DNA of 64,000 nt. It comes from a virus. The translations under genes were made by a program, and so were the position numbers. The notes under the pieces were generated by a model. It was not told where the DNA came from and made no database searches. It worked only from the letters and a program-made list of their open reading frames with translations. Location of the stretch: positions 1-64,000 of IMG/VR virus record IMGVR_UViG_3300046804_003463, one strand, 5' to 3'. Position 1 is the stretch's first letter. Each line of letters opens with the position of its first letter. Below, piece after piece: positions 54,105-63,807 of the stretch.

Positions 54105-56629
54105 GTGAAGAAACTTTCAAGTGTGTATCGCTTCTCTGTCTTCCAACCAATACAATCAAGAATCAATTTGATCGGTTCAAGAAAAGTTTTTTCAAACTGT
54201 GTTTCATAATCAATATATTCTTGCAGACCAAACTCTTTTGGTAGTCTTGTTGGAAAAGAAACAACTGTATCTCTAAACGGGTTTGGTGTTTTAAGATAGG
54301 TGAATTTCAACTTTTCACCTTCTTGTATCAAAGGATACTTAGTCAACAAGTTGTGCTGTTTAAGGAAATGATTATACAGTATTGCACCCTTCACATGTAT
54401 TGGAGTGCCTTTCTTGTATATTGTAGTAGAATCAGCATACTCTTTCAAGCCATTACAACCACGTGGAAAAGAAATATCTTCAACAGGTAACTTACGAAAC
54501 TCTTCTCTAAAGTCGGCAATGAATTGATGCACCGTTTCTTCGTCGGTGTTTACGACCAAATCAACCAGCTTGTACATCTTGGCTCTTACGGCGGTAGGTG
54601 TTGATGACTTGACCATCTCAAGACCCATAACTTTGAGTTTGGGTTTTGCATATTGTACACCTTCGTTATTGTACACATTCAGAATATAACGTTTCTTTGC
54701 TGTCCAAATACCTTTGTCGGACAAGCCTTCACGTTTCATTTGCATTTTCTGGTCGTATGCGTGAACATATTCAGCAAGACTCTGATAACTTTCATCAATA
54801 TATGGTTGAATCTTCTCTTCACAGATTTTGTCCATGAAGGTGATAACTTTCTCAGCCGATGACTTCTGTTTATAGACAGAATCAACCAATGGACCAAGAT
54901 TGAGATAGATCGAATCTGTATCTGAAGCAATAACATAGTCTTTATCAGTTTTTAATAATTTGTTTAGATATTCGTTGAGTTTGTTTTCAATCCAACGAAT
55001 TGACAATTGACCTGCTTGTGTAACAGCAAGTGCTTGCCTCAAATCATAGAACCGAAAATACTGTGAACCCATCGCACCATAAGCAGAGTTCAAAGAGACT
55101 TTCTTAGCCAACTGTAGATTGTTATATCTTGCAATTAACTTTTCAATTTCTTTTTTCTTTGCTGCATCTTTTTCATCTTCATAATCTTGTTGCTGCTTCA
55201 ACATCAACTTCTTGAATTTCTTGCGGTCTTCATACATCTCAATCATCATTGCTGGCAGAAAGCCTTGTTTGTCTGTACGAAAGAATTGACCGTTAGGTGT
55301 GATAGTTACATTGCTCATCACACTTGTGTCAATTTCTCTCTCAAGCAAACTTTCTACTGATGCCTGTGTTGAAAGACGGCGCATGTCATCTGTATAATCT
55401 TCTTTCTCAACCAAAGTTTCGGGTGAGATATTGTATTGCATAATCAAATGCGGATACAGACTGTTCAAGTCAAACGATGCAACCCAATTGTGTAAGCCAA
55501 TTTGTGGTTCTTTGACATATGCACCTTCAAATGCTTCACTCTTCTTTGCAACACGGCGTGGTGGCACAACAATCTTTTTTTCTAGTAGATAGTTGTAGAT
55601 TAGTGCATCCCACATTCTTGTTTGTGCAAACACATCATCATAGTTACACTTTGTGTCATATGCCAGAGTAAGTGCAAGTTCAATTAGTTTTAGTTTGTCT
55701 TCTAACTTCAGAATCAGGTGTACATCTTTGATGTTATACTCAATAAACTTCTGATGGTCAAGTTTATAAAGTTGATGTAGATTATCATATTCATCATACG
55801 ATAGTTTGCTTTCACCAAGTTCTACACTTGCAATTGTATCAAGACGATAGTTCTCGGCGTTTTTACCACCTGGCGCATACCATTGATACAGTTCAAGATA
55901 GTCAAGAACAGAAATGCCAATCAAATCATAAACAGTTTGTTCTTTGCCTTTGAACATGGTCTTTCTTTCTGAATAGACTGACCATGGCGACAACTTATTT
56001 ACTGCATCATCCCCAAATAAACGTTTAAACCGATTGACAAGGTAAGGAACATCAAAGAACTTGATATTCCAACCAGTAACAACGTCAGGCCAATTACTTG
56101 ACCAGTCAGCAATAAACCGTTCACACAGATCGATTTCATCTTCACAACGAATGTATGTTTCTTCACCTTTTACCTCATAATCACCACAACCATAAACTGT
56201 AGTACCGCCGTTCAATTGATGAATAGCGATTGCTGTAATAGGCTCAGTGGCCTTGTATGGATCGGGAAATCCATTTTCTGAACCGACCTCAATGTCTATG
56301 AATACGACAGAGAGATGAGAAATATCCCAATCAATAATGCCTCTAAAATTGTCAGCAATGAAGGCGTATTCATAGCGTGTATTGCCGTAGATTTTAAAGT
56401 TTGCAATGTCTTCATAACGTTTGACAAAATCACGTGCCTCCCGAATGGTATCAAAAGTCATAGGTTCCAATGGCTCATTGAACAATGAACGCCACTGAGA
56501 TGGTTTGTTAGATTGCACAAACAAAGACGGAGAGTATTTGACTTTGCTCTTTACTCTCCGCCCATTGTTTACTCCACGAAAAAGAATGTTATTGCCGTGG
56601 ACACAAACATTTGTATAATATTTTGACAT
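54101..56629 (-). CDS. Family B DNA polymerase (T4 gp43)
   Basis: DIE exonuclease motif, DLNSLYP, K..LNSAYG, DTDS. Confidence 0.97.
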   Translation of the reverse strand: MSKYYTNVCVHGNNILFRGVNNGRRVKSKVKYSPSLFVQSNKPSQWRSLFNEPLEPMTFDTIREARDFVKRYEDIANFKIYGNTRYEYAFIADNFRGIIDWDISHLSVVFIDIEVGSENGFPDPYKATEPITAIAIHQLNGGTTVYGCGDYEVKGEETYIRCEDEIDLCERFIADWSSNWPDVVTGWNIKFFDVPYLVNRFKRLFGDDAVNKLSPWSVYSERKTMFKGKEQTVYDLIGISVLDYLELYQWYAPGGKNAENYRLDTIASVELGESKLSYDEYDNLHQLYKLDHQKFIEYNIKDVHLILKLEDKLKLIELALTLAYDTKCNYDDVFAQTRMWDALIYNYLLEKKIVVPPRRVAKKSEAFEGAYVKEPQIGLHNWVASFDLNSLYPHLIMQYNISPETLVEKEDYTDDMRRLSTQASVESLLEREIDTSVMSNVTITPNGQFFRTDKQGFLPAMMIEMYEDRKKFKKLMLKQQQDYEDEKDAAKKKEIEKLIARYNNLQLAKKVSLNSAYGAMGSQYFRFYDLRQALAVTQAGQLSIRWIENKLNEYLNKLLKTDKDYVIASDTDSIYLNLGPLVDSVYKQKSSAEKVITFMDKICEEKIQPYIDESYQSLAEYVHAYDQKMQMKREGLSDKGIWTAKKRYILNVYNNEGVQYAKPKLKVMGLEMVKSSTPTAVRAKMYKLVDLVVNTDEETVHQFIADFREEFRKLPVEDISFPRGCNGLKEYADSTTIYKKGTPIHVKGAILYNHFLKQHNLLTKYPLIQEGEKLKFTYLKTPNPFRDTVVSFPTRLPKEFGLQEYIDYETQFEKTFLEPIKLILDCIGWKTEKRYTLESFFT

Positions 56630-56934
56630 TAAAGTTTAAGACCTGGTGGCGCTATCTCAATGCGACTGAACATTTTTCTGTATTGAGATAGTAAATCGGT
56701 CACAGGCGTATTGACTGTTAAAATATCATCATACTTGAATTTGATGCCTTTGTCAAACTCTTCAACATAAGCAAGATATGGTGCAAAACCAACACCACCA
56801 GGATCATTTGCAGCACGTGGTGGCACAGCAATGACTTGCATAGGATTTTTTACTACAATATCGTCACCTTGTTCAGTGACTTCACCAATAATTGTTTGAT
56901 GTGTTTTAAATGTAATACAAACTATTTCACTCAT
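56629..56934 (-). CDS. Conserved T4-like Sm-like hypothetical protein
   Basis: IIGEV..KNP..APY. Confidence 0.65.
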   Translation of the reverse strand: MSEIVCITFKTHQTIIGEVTEQGDDIVVKNPMQVIAVPPRAANDPGGVGFAPYLAYVEEFDKGIKFKYDDILTVNTPVTDLLSQYRKMFSRIEIAPPGLKL

Positions 56935-57161
56935 ACTGTTACCTTTGTAGATGGTTCATAAACATCAAGTGTTACCCACTTTTTTGGAAATAACATTTCA
57001 CGGCCAACAAAGTCGGCAATGTCATATGTTGGGTCATCAACAAGACCAATTAATTCAACCTTGTCATCAAACTCACGCATTACAAGATCATACTTGTATG
57101 CTTTAGGAAGTTTAGTGTTTGTTTCAGCCAGTTGTTTAGCCACTTTTGTAATATTACTCAT
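56931..57161 (-). CDS. Hypothetical protein
   Basis: AAGGAG RBS. Confidence 0.65.
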   Translation of the reverse strand: MSNITKVAKQLAETNTKLPKAYKYDLVMREFDDKVELIGLVDDPTYDIADFVGREMLFPKKWVTLDVYEPSTKVTV

Positions 57162-57164
57162 AAC

Positions 57165-57659
57165 TTACTCCTTACATTGAATAACTTTAACATCACATTT
57201 TTTCAAAAATTCAATACCCGATTCACTTCTGTAGGTTTCTTTGAAATAGACCTCCTTGATTCCTGACTGATATATCATTTTAGCACATTCCAAGCACGGT
57301 GCGTGGGTAATAAACATTGTTGCCCCTTCACTTGAGTTTGTTGACCGAGAAACTTTCGCAAGACAGTTTGATTCGGCATGAAGCACTTCTGGCTTAGAGT
57401 GCAATTTTGACCATCCATGTGCAGTTTCAGTATAACCATTATGCAACATGAATTTGTCACTTTGCTGACATTCGGATTTTAACACATATTCAAGTTCTTC
57501 ACAATTGTTGTCCCAACCAGATGGCATACCATTGTAACCAATACCAATAATAGTATTGTCTTTGACGATTACACAACCTACCTGTAATCTTTTTGCTGTA
57601 GAAAGTTCAGCATAAACACTTGCCGCTTTCATATGGGCTTTTATGTATTTTTCTTTCAT
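57165..57659 (-). CDS. dCMP deaminase
   Basis: GYNG, HAE, PCLEC. Confidence 0.92.
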   Translation of the reverse strand: MKEKYIKAHMKAASVYAELSTAKRLQVGCVIVKDNTIIGIGYNGMPSGWDNNCEELEYVLKSECQQSDKFMLHNGYTETAHGWSKLHSKPEVLHAESNCLAKVSRSTNSSEGATMFITHAPCLECAKMIYQSGIKEVYFKETYRSESGIEFLKKCDVKVIQCKE

Positions 57660-57711
57660 AATAAGTAAGCACTCACTTGCATACAAGGGCACTACGAAAA
57701 AATCATCCTGG

Positions 57712-58527
57712 TTATTCCAGAATGATAAGTGGTACCCTAGCTACGTTTACGCCGTTAGCGTGTAAAAAGAATGGAAGAAATCTTTCGCCTAAAAATCCTG
57801 GATAACGCCAAGGTAAAGGCTCAGATGTTGTCTGTTGTGTTGGATATACAGCGATTGTATTTTGCCACACGTATTCTAATAATTCGAATAACTCAGATGC
57901 GTACTTTCTGAATAATTGTTTACGCATGACATAGCATGTCTCAAAACTTGCACCATGCTCATCCCACCACTGCATACTGTCTCTGTAGTCTGGCAATAAT
58001 TTTTCAATACCCTCTAAAAACAGATTCAGGTATTCCGGTGGTTGTGAATGTAAGTATTGTGTACGAACAGAATAAGGCAGTGGCGTAATTGGATTTGTGA
58101 TTGCATCATGTGTTTCAAGCAGTTTCAGTGCTGCTGCTTTCTGTTCGTCAGAAGCCATGTAATCAGCACTTTCTTTTGTTGGTGGCATTGCTGCTTTTAG
58201 CACATTTCTGTCTAAGTCACCTTTAAAGTCAAGATAGCGACGATATGTTGTACAACCGATGAAGTCAGCACGTGCGTGTTTCCACAAGTAATATTCAGAT
58301 GCTTGTTGACCTAACGCACGAAGAAAATCATCTTCACTGCGTGTGCCATAATAATGACGATACTCATACACACTCTTATGATGAGATGTGTTTATCCAAT
58401 TACCTGGTCCCGGTGGATGCCAACCATATGGTGCATGACTACCAGCATACGCAGCCTTCAACCAAGACGATTCGTGATTAAAAGGAAAGTCCTTATGAAA
58501 ATGACTTACCATTAGTAGATCAGTCAT
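57712..58527 (-). CDS. DUF4422-like glycosyltransferase-associated protein
   Basis: SEYYLWK..G..YRRY, R..GFLGER. Confidence 0.7.
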   Translation of the reverse strand: MTDLLMVSHFHKDFPFNHESSWLKAAYAGSHAPYGWHPPGPGNWINTSHHKSVYEYRHYYGTRSEDDFLRALGQQASEYYLWKHARADFIGCTTYRRYLDFKGDLDRNVLKAAMPPTKESADYMASDEQKAAALKLLETHDAITNPITPLPYSVRTQYLHSQPPEYLNLFLEGIEKLLPDYRDSMQWWDEHGASFETCYVMRKQLFRKYASELFELLEYVWQNTIAVYPTQQTTSEPLPWRYPGFLGERFLPFFLHANGVNVARVPLIILE

Positions 58528-58684
58528 CTTGTGTCTCTTCTTTTCTCTTCTTCTTGAACTCAATACGTGGTGCAATGATTGCTTGAATCATCTCACGTTT
58601 GTAGTCAAATTTATGTTCACCTTTAAGACTTGACAGTAAAATCTTCAAGTCTTTTTTCATTTTAAAATTTTGATTGGGTTTCAT
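58520..58684 (-). CDS. Small basic hypothetical protein
   Basis: Own translation, 54 aa (MKPNQNFKMKK..). Confidence 0.55.
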   Translation of the reverse strand: MKPNQNFKMKKDLKILLSSLKGEHKFDYKREMIQAIIAPRIEFKKKRKEETQDD

Positions 58685-59262
58685 TACCATGTCCAAGAAA
58701 CGTATGAGTATCGTGTGCCTTTCGTCACTAAGTCAACTCTGTGTGGATAAAGAAAGTTTGATGGGAAAATCATAATCTCACCTGCCTTCAAAGTTATGGG
58801 TGTATCTTGCCAAAACACCAGATCACCACCCTCATAGCCACCATTTAAACCACCAAGAATAGTGAGTGTTGGTATACCTTTGCGCTGACCATCAAACATT
58901 GAATGAATGTGATCGCAATGAAGTTTCATGTTTGTGTTTTCACGATATCGATTAAAACGAACTTCTGTGTAACCTTGCCAAGTGGCATACCAATCGCAAC
59001 CCCATTCCGCAAGTTCTTGGTGATATCTTTGTAGACCATCCCAAATTCTTTGCATAATGTATTCTTTGTGTTTTACATTTGACCATGTAACGGCAAGTTC
59101 GTGTTCATACGAATGATTGGAATTGTTATGATAATCATAAAATTGATGTGTTTGAAACTGACCCTCTACTAGTTCTAGTTCGTCAACAGTCTCTTGGCAC
59201 ACTTCTGGTGTGAGCCAATCGGAATAGATTTTGAGGTATGATCGTAAGTCTTTGTTCATCAT
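58684..59262 (-). CDS. 2OG-Fe(II) oxygenase (prolyl-4-hydroxylase-like)
   Basis: HCD, YEGG, FPSNFLYPH.V..GTRYS. Confidence 0.88.
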   Translation of the reverse strand: MMNKDLRSYLKIYSDWLTPEVCQETVDELELVEGQFQTHQFYDYHNNSNHSYEHELAVTWSNVKHKEYIMQRIWDGLQRYHQELAEWGCDWYATWQGYTEVRFNRYRENTNMKLHCDHIHSMFDGQRKGIPTLTILGGLNGGYEGGDLVFWQDTPITLKAGEIMIFPSNFLYPHRVDLVTKGTRYSYVSWTW

Positions 59263-59271
59263 GTATCCTTC

Positions 59272-59294
59272 AAAGTGGGGCTTGCGCCCCACTC
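59272..59294 (-). terminator. Terminator after hsp20
   Basis: AGUGGGGC-GCAA-GCCCCACU followed by UU. Confidence 0.65.
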
Positions 59295-59295
59295 A

Positions 59296-59775
59296 TTACG
59301 CAGCCTTCTTTTCTTCTTGTAGAAGTTGAGGCTGGAATGTTTTGAGTTCATTACCAATCTCAATCTTACGTGGTTTCTTATGCTCTGGAATGATGTTCTC
59401 AAGTCCAATGCGTAGAATGCCATCTTTGTATTCTGCACCTTTTACTTCAATGGTGTCAGCAATAGTGATTGACTTAGTGAAAGAACGTGTACCAATACCA
59501 CGATGTAGATATTCCAAGTTTGGTGTTCCTTCAACCTTTTCACCTTTGATAGTCAATGTATTTTCTTGTACCTGAATATCAATTTCATCTTTACTGAAAC
59601 CAGCAACAGCAAGTTCTACCGCATACTTATTATCATCTATTTTGATGATGTTATGTGGCGGAAAGTTATTTACTGGTTTAGTTTCATTCAGAATTGATTC
59701 TACATCACGAATAAAGTTTTCAAAGCCAAGTGTCTGATGAAACAATGGTCCAAAAGCAATACGTCCTACTGTCAT
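59296..59775 (-). CDS. Small heat shock protein Hsp20 (IbpA-like)
   Basis: FPPHNI, LAVAGF, YLHRGI, DGIL, PRKIEI; start MTVG after AAGGAG. Confidence 0.93.
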   Translation of the reverse strand: MTVGRIAFGPLFHQTLGFENFIRDVESILNETKPVNNFPPHNIIKIDDNKYAVELAVAGFSKDEIDIQVQENTLTIKGEKVEGTPNLEYLHRGIGTRSFTKSITIADTIEVKGAEYKDGILRIGLENIIPEHKKPRKIEIGNELKTFQPQLLQEEKKAA

Positions 59776-59781
59776 AGTTTT

Positions 59782-59826
59782 CTCCTTTTTAAGCAAGTTA
59801 AATTACGTGACCCCGAAGGCATCACG
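59782..59826 (-). promoter_or_regulatory. ROSE-like RNA thermometer in hsp20 5' UTR
   Basis: UUCG hairpin followed by CUUGCUU-AAA-AAGGAG, with UUGCU opposite the SD. Confidence 0.55.
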
Positions 59827-60010
59827 ACTTACTTGCAACCACAAATGCTGTGCGGTTGACAAGATAAGTTCTTTGTGGATTACTTTGACTAAAGACTTTA
59901 ATAAACTCGTTACTACCTTCTTTAATCACGTTGTCGTAATCCCTAGTATACACTTCTTCTTTAGTGTATTTATTTATTAGTTTGATCGGATTGTTTTTCA
60001 CTTTGCTCAT
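59822..60010 (-). CDS. Hypothetical protein
   Basis: Co-oriented ORF. Confidence 0.65.
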   Translation of the reverse strand: MSKVKNNPIKLINKYTKEEVYTRDYDNVIKEGSNEFIKVFSQSNPQRTYLVNRTAFVVASKS

Positions 60011-60023
60011 GATGACTCACCAT

Positions 60024-60425
60024 TTATTCTTTCTTCTTTTTACCGATATTATATTTGGCAACTAATTCCCAGTCATCTTTCTCTTTGAAAGATATAATTT
60101 TAATTTGATGAATTGGTGCCATGTTGTTTTCAATTATATCATAGTTCACAACTTTAATCAAGCCCCACTCTTCAAGTAAATTGGCAATAGCGTTACGTCT
60201 TTGTATATCGTTTTCGGTAATCGTTGATGGTTTACCGTCTAATGCAAATAACTCTTTGAAATGTACAATGTAATATTTGCCTTGCTTGTGCAATATGTGG
60301 CAAGACTGATACAATACTCTTTCTTTTCTTGATGATACACCAATCCTTGTTAGTGTCTCTCGTACTTTTAGAAAGTCATCCTCTTCTACAAGAACAACTT
60401 CAACAAACTTAGATATATCCACCAT
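60024..60425 (-). CDS. regA: Translational repressor
   Basis: DFLKVRETLTRIG, YQSCHILHKQG.YYIVHFKE. Confidence 0.95.
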   Translation of the reverse strand: MVDISKFVEVVLVEEDDFLKVRETLTRIGVSSRKERVLYQSCHILHKQGKYYIVHFKELFALDGKPSTITENDIQRRNAIANLLEEWGLIKVVNYDIIENNMAPIHQIKIISFKEKDDWELVAKYNIGKKKKE

Positions 60426-60426
60426 G

Positions 60427-60813
60427 TCATTTCCTTAACCCACCCGTTAGGGTTTCTTCTTTTAGTTTTTGGATTTGTTCTTTGCTTAGTATTCGCAAAG
60501 CCTCACGTGCTTTGGAATCGGACAGGCCATAGACCAGTTTGACACATTCCAAATCATCGTTTTTTTCAGACTTAGCCCACTTCGCAAATGGTCTTTTCAT
60601 AGACCTGACAGTATTTAGTAAATAGTCAAATTGTAGCTTCTTTTCAAGGTAGTGCCTACTATTCATCTCGTTTGCAAAGGCTAGACAGTCTTTGTGCTGA
60701 GACAAGGCTCGGTTGACCAGAAAAGGATTGTAGTCCTTCTCAGTCAGGTCATCTACAATAAGTTGTTTCTTGGTTTGTAGAATAGCTGTGGCGTAGTCAA
60801 ATGGATTGCTCAT
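60427..60813 (-). CDS. Clamp loader small subunit (gp62)
   Basis: Y.PF.VNR.LS, ANEMN; synteny. Confidence 0.9.
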   Translation of the reverse strand: MSNPFDYATAILQTKKQLIVDDLTEKDYNPFLVNRALSQHKDCLAFANEMNSRHYLEKKLQFDYLLNTVRSMKRPFAKWAKSEKNDDLECVKLVYGLSDSKAREALRILSKEQIQKLKEETLTGGLRK

Positions 60814-61274
60814 TTTTTATAACTTGAATCTGCATATTTCATAAGTTCGTGAATTTCTTCCTGAGTCAACTTCTTGACCGCTATCAATGATTCTTGCTCA
60901 ATTGGAATCACTACCATCTTATGACCGAACTTCGTTGTGTATCTTTCACTCTCAACGAATGTTTTAGGATTAGCACTGAAAATCCAACCACCCCATTTGT
61001 ATTTTGGATTTATCAAAGGGGGTATAGAAACAAAATACAGTTCATCAACATTACGACATTTTCTCAACTGTGTTTCTCTAAAAGTGAAAGCATTTTTTAC
61101 CACAAAAGGTTGTTCTGTTTTAACCTCTATATGTTTACCATCAACAATCATATCTTTTGTGTGATCGAAATGATCAATAGATTCCTGAACTTTGTGTCCT
61201 AAACTATTTAAATAGTTCACAACAATCTTTTCACCTATTCTACCTAATATGTCAATTCGTTGTTCGTGTTTCAT
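60810..61274 (-). CDS. PD-(D/E)xK-like hypothetical protein
   Basis: G.IGE..D..IEVKT. Confidence 0.6.
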   Translation of the reverse strand: MKHEQRIDILGRIGEKIVVNYLNSLGHKVQESIDHFDHTKDMIVDGKHIEVKTEQPFVVKNAFTFRETQLRKCRNVDELYFVSIPPLINPKYKWGGWIFSANPKTFVESERYTTKFGHKMVVIPIEQESLIAVKKLTQEEIHELMKYADSSYKK

Positions 61275-61671
61275 GTTTTTCCAAATATTTCACAAGTTTC
61301 ATAACACCATCCAGATTATCTCCGGCTCTTGCTAAAGCAGAATTACAGTCGTGACAAATCCAACCCCTAAACTGACCAGTTTTGTGATCATGATCCAAAA
61401 AGAGTCCTATTGGTTTTCTATTTTTAGTTTGTTCAAGTGTGCATTTACCACAACACTCACAAACATTTGGTCTTGCTCTAACGTATTTTTTTAAATTGGC
61501 TCTAACTTTTATTTGTTTACTAACACAAACTTTGCAACGATTATCACGCTTATCATAATTTGTTAACAATGATGCAAATTCAATTAAAGGTTTTTCAACT
61601 TTGCAGTATATACATGGTTTAGTTTCAACCAATTGAGGCTGTTCACCTAAAAACTGAGATAAATTACCCAT
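61252..61671 (-). CDS. Endonuclease VII-family (HNH-like) homing endonuclease
   Basis: CECCG, LDHDHKTGQFRGWICHDCN, N-terminal CxxC pairs. Confidence 0.8.
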   Translation of the reverse strand: MGNLSQFLGEQPQLVETKPCIYCKVEKPLIEFASLLTNYDKRDNRCKVCVSKQIKVRANLKKYVRARPNVCECCGKCTLEQTKNRKPIGLFLDHDHKTGQFRGWICHDCNSALARAGDNLDGVMKLVKYLEKHETRTTN

Positions 61672-61672
61672 A

Positions 61673-62602
61673 TCATTTGAATTCCACGTTGGCCATAATT
61701 TCTGTCAGACAAGCAACAAGATTGATTTCATGATCAGCAACGAATGCCTGCTTATACTGATAGTCAGCAAGAATTAGCACTGCCTGTGGTATACTCTGAG
61801 GCTTTGCAATGTCATACAAAGCATCATAGAGTTTGCGAAAGAATGTCGTGTTATCAATTTCCGACGTTGCTGCCCATTTACGGACGGATGTAAAGTCTTT
61901 TTCTTTCAGATGTTTGACAATCTGTGTTAGAGAAATATCACCAATCTGAGAGAGTATGCCTACATCAATCTTGCCGAGTTTGGAATAGCGTTGAAGTTCA
62001 TTAATAACACGACGAAAATCTGGAAAGTGTTTCTTGACTACTTCAGCGATTACCTTTTCATCAAATTCAACTTTCTCTGTGTCTAGTATGTGTGTGATGC
62101 GTTTGAAGAAGGCAGAAGCCATCTTTTGTTTTTCACCATTCTTCAAACCAAATTCAATCACCGCACAACGACTGTGTAGTGGGTCAATGATTTTGTTTTT
62201 GTAGTTACAAGTGAAAATGAAAGAACAGTTTGCAGCAAACTCTTCAATAGCGTTACGCAGAATTGCTTGTGCGTTTGGTGTTAGATAGTCTGCTTCATCT
62301 AGAATGACGACCTTTCGGCCGCCAGATAGAGAAATAGATGATGCATAGTTTTTAATTTTGACACGAATCGTATCAACACCGTTCTCATCAGAACCATTGA
62401 TTATCATGTAGTCGCAACCGATTTCGTTGCACATGGCCTTGGCGATTGTAGTCTTGCCCACGCCCGCTCCACCAGCCAGAAGGAGATTTGGTATCTCCTT
62501 CTGATTCACGTATTCTTGAAATGTTGCCTTCAAGCGTTCTGGTAAAATACAATCTTCCACTGTTCGTGGCCGATACTTTTCTGTCCACAGAAGATGTTCC
62601 AT
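61673..62602 (-). CDS. Clamp loader large subunit (gp44)
   Basis: WTEKYRP, GVGKTT, DEAD, SRC. Confidence 0.95.
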   Translation of the reverse strand: MEHLLWTEKYRPRTVEDCILPERLKATFQEYVNQKEIPNLLLAGGAGVGKTTIAKAMCNEIGCDYMIINGSDENGVDTIRVKIKNYASSISLSGGRKVVILDEADYLTPNAQAILRNAIEEFAANCSFIFTCNYKNKIIDPLHSRCAVIEFGLKNGEKQKMASAFFKRITHILDTEKVEFDEKVIAEVVKKHFPDFRRVINELQRYSKLGKIDVGILSQIGDISLTQIVKHLKEKDFTSVRKWAATSEIDNTTFFRKLYDALYDIAKPQSIPQAVLILADYQYKQAFVADHEINLVACLTEIMANVEFK

Positions 62603-62641
62603 GGTAACCTTTCACAAAAATCATAATGTAGTAATATTATA

Positions 62642-62851
62642 TCAGTCAGCGTTCAATGCTGCAAGAACTTCCAGATAATTTTCTTTTACATGCCAATCAA
62701 TGCCGTTGATACCATAGATAACAGTTTTGCCTTCCTGTTCTGGAATAGTTTTTACTGGCTCAAACACGGATGCAATTGCCTCTTTATTAATGGCGATAGA
62801 TTCACCATCAAAAGCAGGTGATGCATTCGTAAAAACAACGAACTTACCCAT
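62642..62851 (-). CDS. Hypothetical protein
   Basis: Co-oriented ORF. Confidence 0.65.
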   Translation of the reverse strand: MGKFVVFTNASPAFDGESIAINKEAIASVFEPVKTIPEQEGKTVIYGINGIDWHVKENYLEVLAALNAD

Positions 62852-62853
62852 GA

Positions 62854-63534
62854 TTAACCTTTCTCATATTTTGAACCAGCTTCAGTTGCAATCCAATACT
62901 GAATGTTCATTGATTTGTGTTTGAAATGTGCAATACCTTTTGAAGATATTGTAACTGCATAAGCACCAGAAAGCATCTTCAAGTTTTCGGTTTTGAAGAG
63001 CATTTTGTATTTGTTACCATTACTCTTTGAAACTTCCAAAGACTCGGTGTGTGCTGCATCATTCTGTGAATCAAATGCAGTCACAGAGATTTTACTTCCA
63101 TCAGATTCAACGGCAATGTGTGGTGAAGACAGAACATTGGCTGCACGTAGAATCCAATCAAAGTCTTCAGCACTCAAATCAAACTTGATTTCTGGATTGT
63201 CCAGTTCCAGATTTTTGTCTGGTGCTGCAACAATCATGCTAGTGGCACAAAAACGATATTTGATTTTGCTACGACCTTGCAAACCAGAGATGAGTACATT
63301 TGCCTCATCAAAGTCAATGACCGGCTCTTCTTTGTGAAGAGAAAGAACGGACAAAAAGTTGTTTAGATCATATACACCAAACTCTTTTGGAATCTCTTCA
63401 GAGACAACAGCCTCGGCAAGAATATTCTTGTGTGTAGAGATGGTACGAATTGTTTTACCTGGTTTGAAAACAATGCCTTGATTGATACTAGCAAAGTTTT
63501 TCAACACAGACAAAGTTTCATTTGAAAGTTTCAT
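62854..63534 (-). CDS. Sliding clamp (gp45)
   Basis: MKLS.ETL.VLKNFASIN, YDLN.FL. Confidence 0.93.
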   Translation of the reverse strand: MKLSNETLSVLKNFASINQGIVFKPGKTIRTISTHKNILAEAVVSEEIPKEFGVYDLNNFLSVLSLHKEEPVIDFDEANVLISGLQGRSKIKYRFCATSMIVAAPDKNLELDNPEIKFDLSAEDFDWILRAANVLSSPHIAVESDGSKISVTAFDSQNDAAHTESLEVSKSNGNKYKMLFKTENLKMLSGAYAVTISSKGIAHFKHKSMNIQYWIATEAGSKYEKG

Positions 63535-63537
63535 AAT

Positions 63538-63807
63538 TTATTTCCTCGTCAAATCATGGTTGTGTAAGGCCATTATAGCATAATGTACAACTTTCATCAA
63601 GTCATCACGATTGTAGCCGTTCTTTTTGCCGTATCGTTGTGCGTATTTGATGATGTTACCAATAAAGAATCCTTCACCATGCCCACAATCAATGATGAAT
63701 TCTGAAGTTTGGAATTTGTTTAGTGAGTAGTGTTGACCGTATGTCTTATCAACGTATTCTTTTATGTCTTTAAGAATACGGTCTTCACTGTACTTGTAAT
63801 CTATCAC
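63538..63807 (-). CDS. DUF3310-like protein
   Basis: HY..GF..GNIIKY.QRYGKK..DL.K..HY. Confidence 0.75.
   Translation of the reverse strand: MIDYKYSEDRILKDIKEYVDKTYGQHYSLNKFQTSEFIIDCGHGEGFFIGNIIKYAQRYGKKNGYNRDDLMKVVHYAIMALHNHDLTRK

Noticed and set aside
20731-57460. Alternative-frame minus ORFs nested in porin, nrdA/B, BPL-N, primase, gp43 and dCMP deaminase genes
   Set aside because: Out-of-frame by-products without motifs or RBS.
1587-63337. Numerous plus-strand ORFs (e.g. 4137-4541, 13117-13629, 29516-30133, 39103-39672, 49983-50456)
   Set aside because: Antisense shadows of well-supported minus-strand genes; all promoters and RBSs point to the minus strand.
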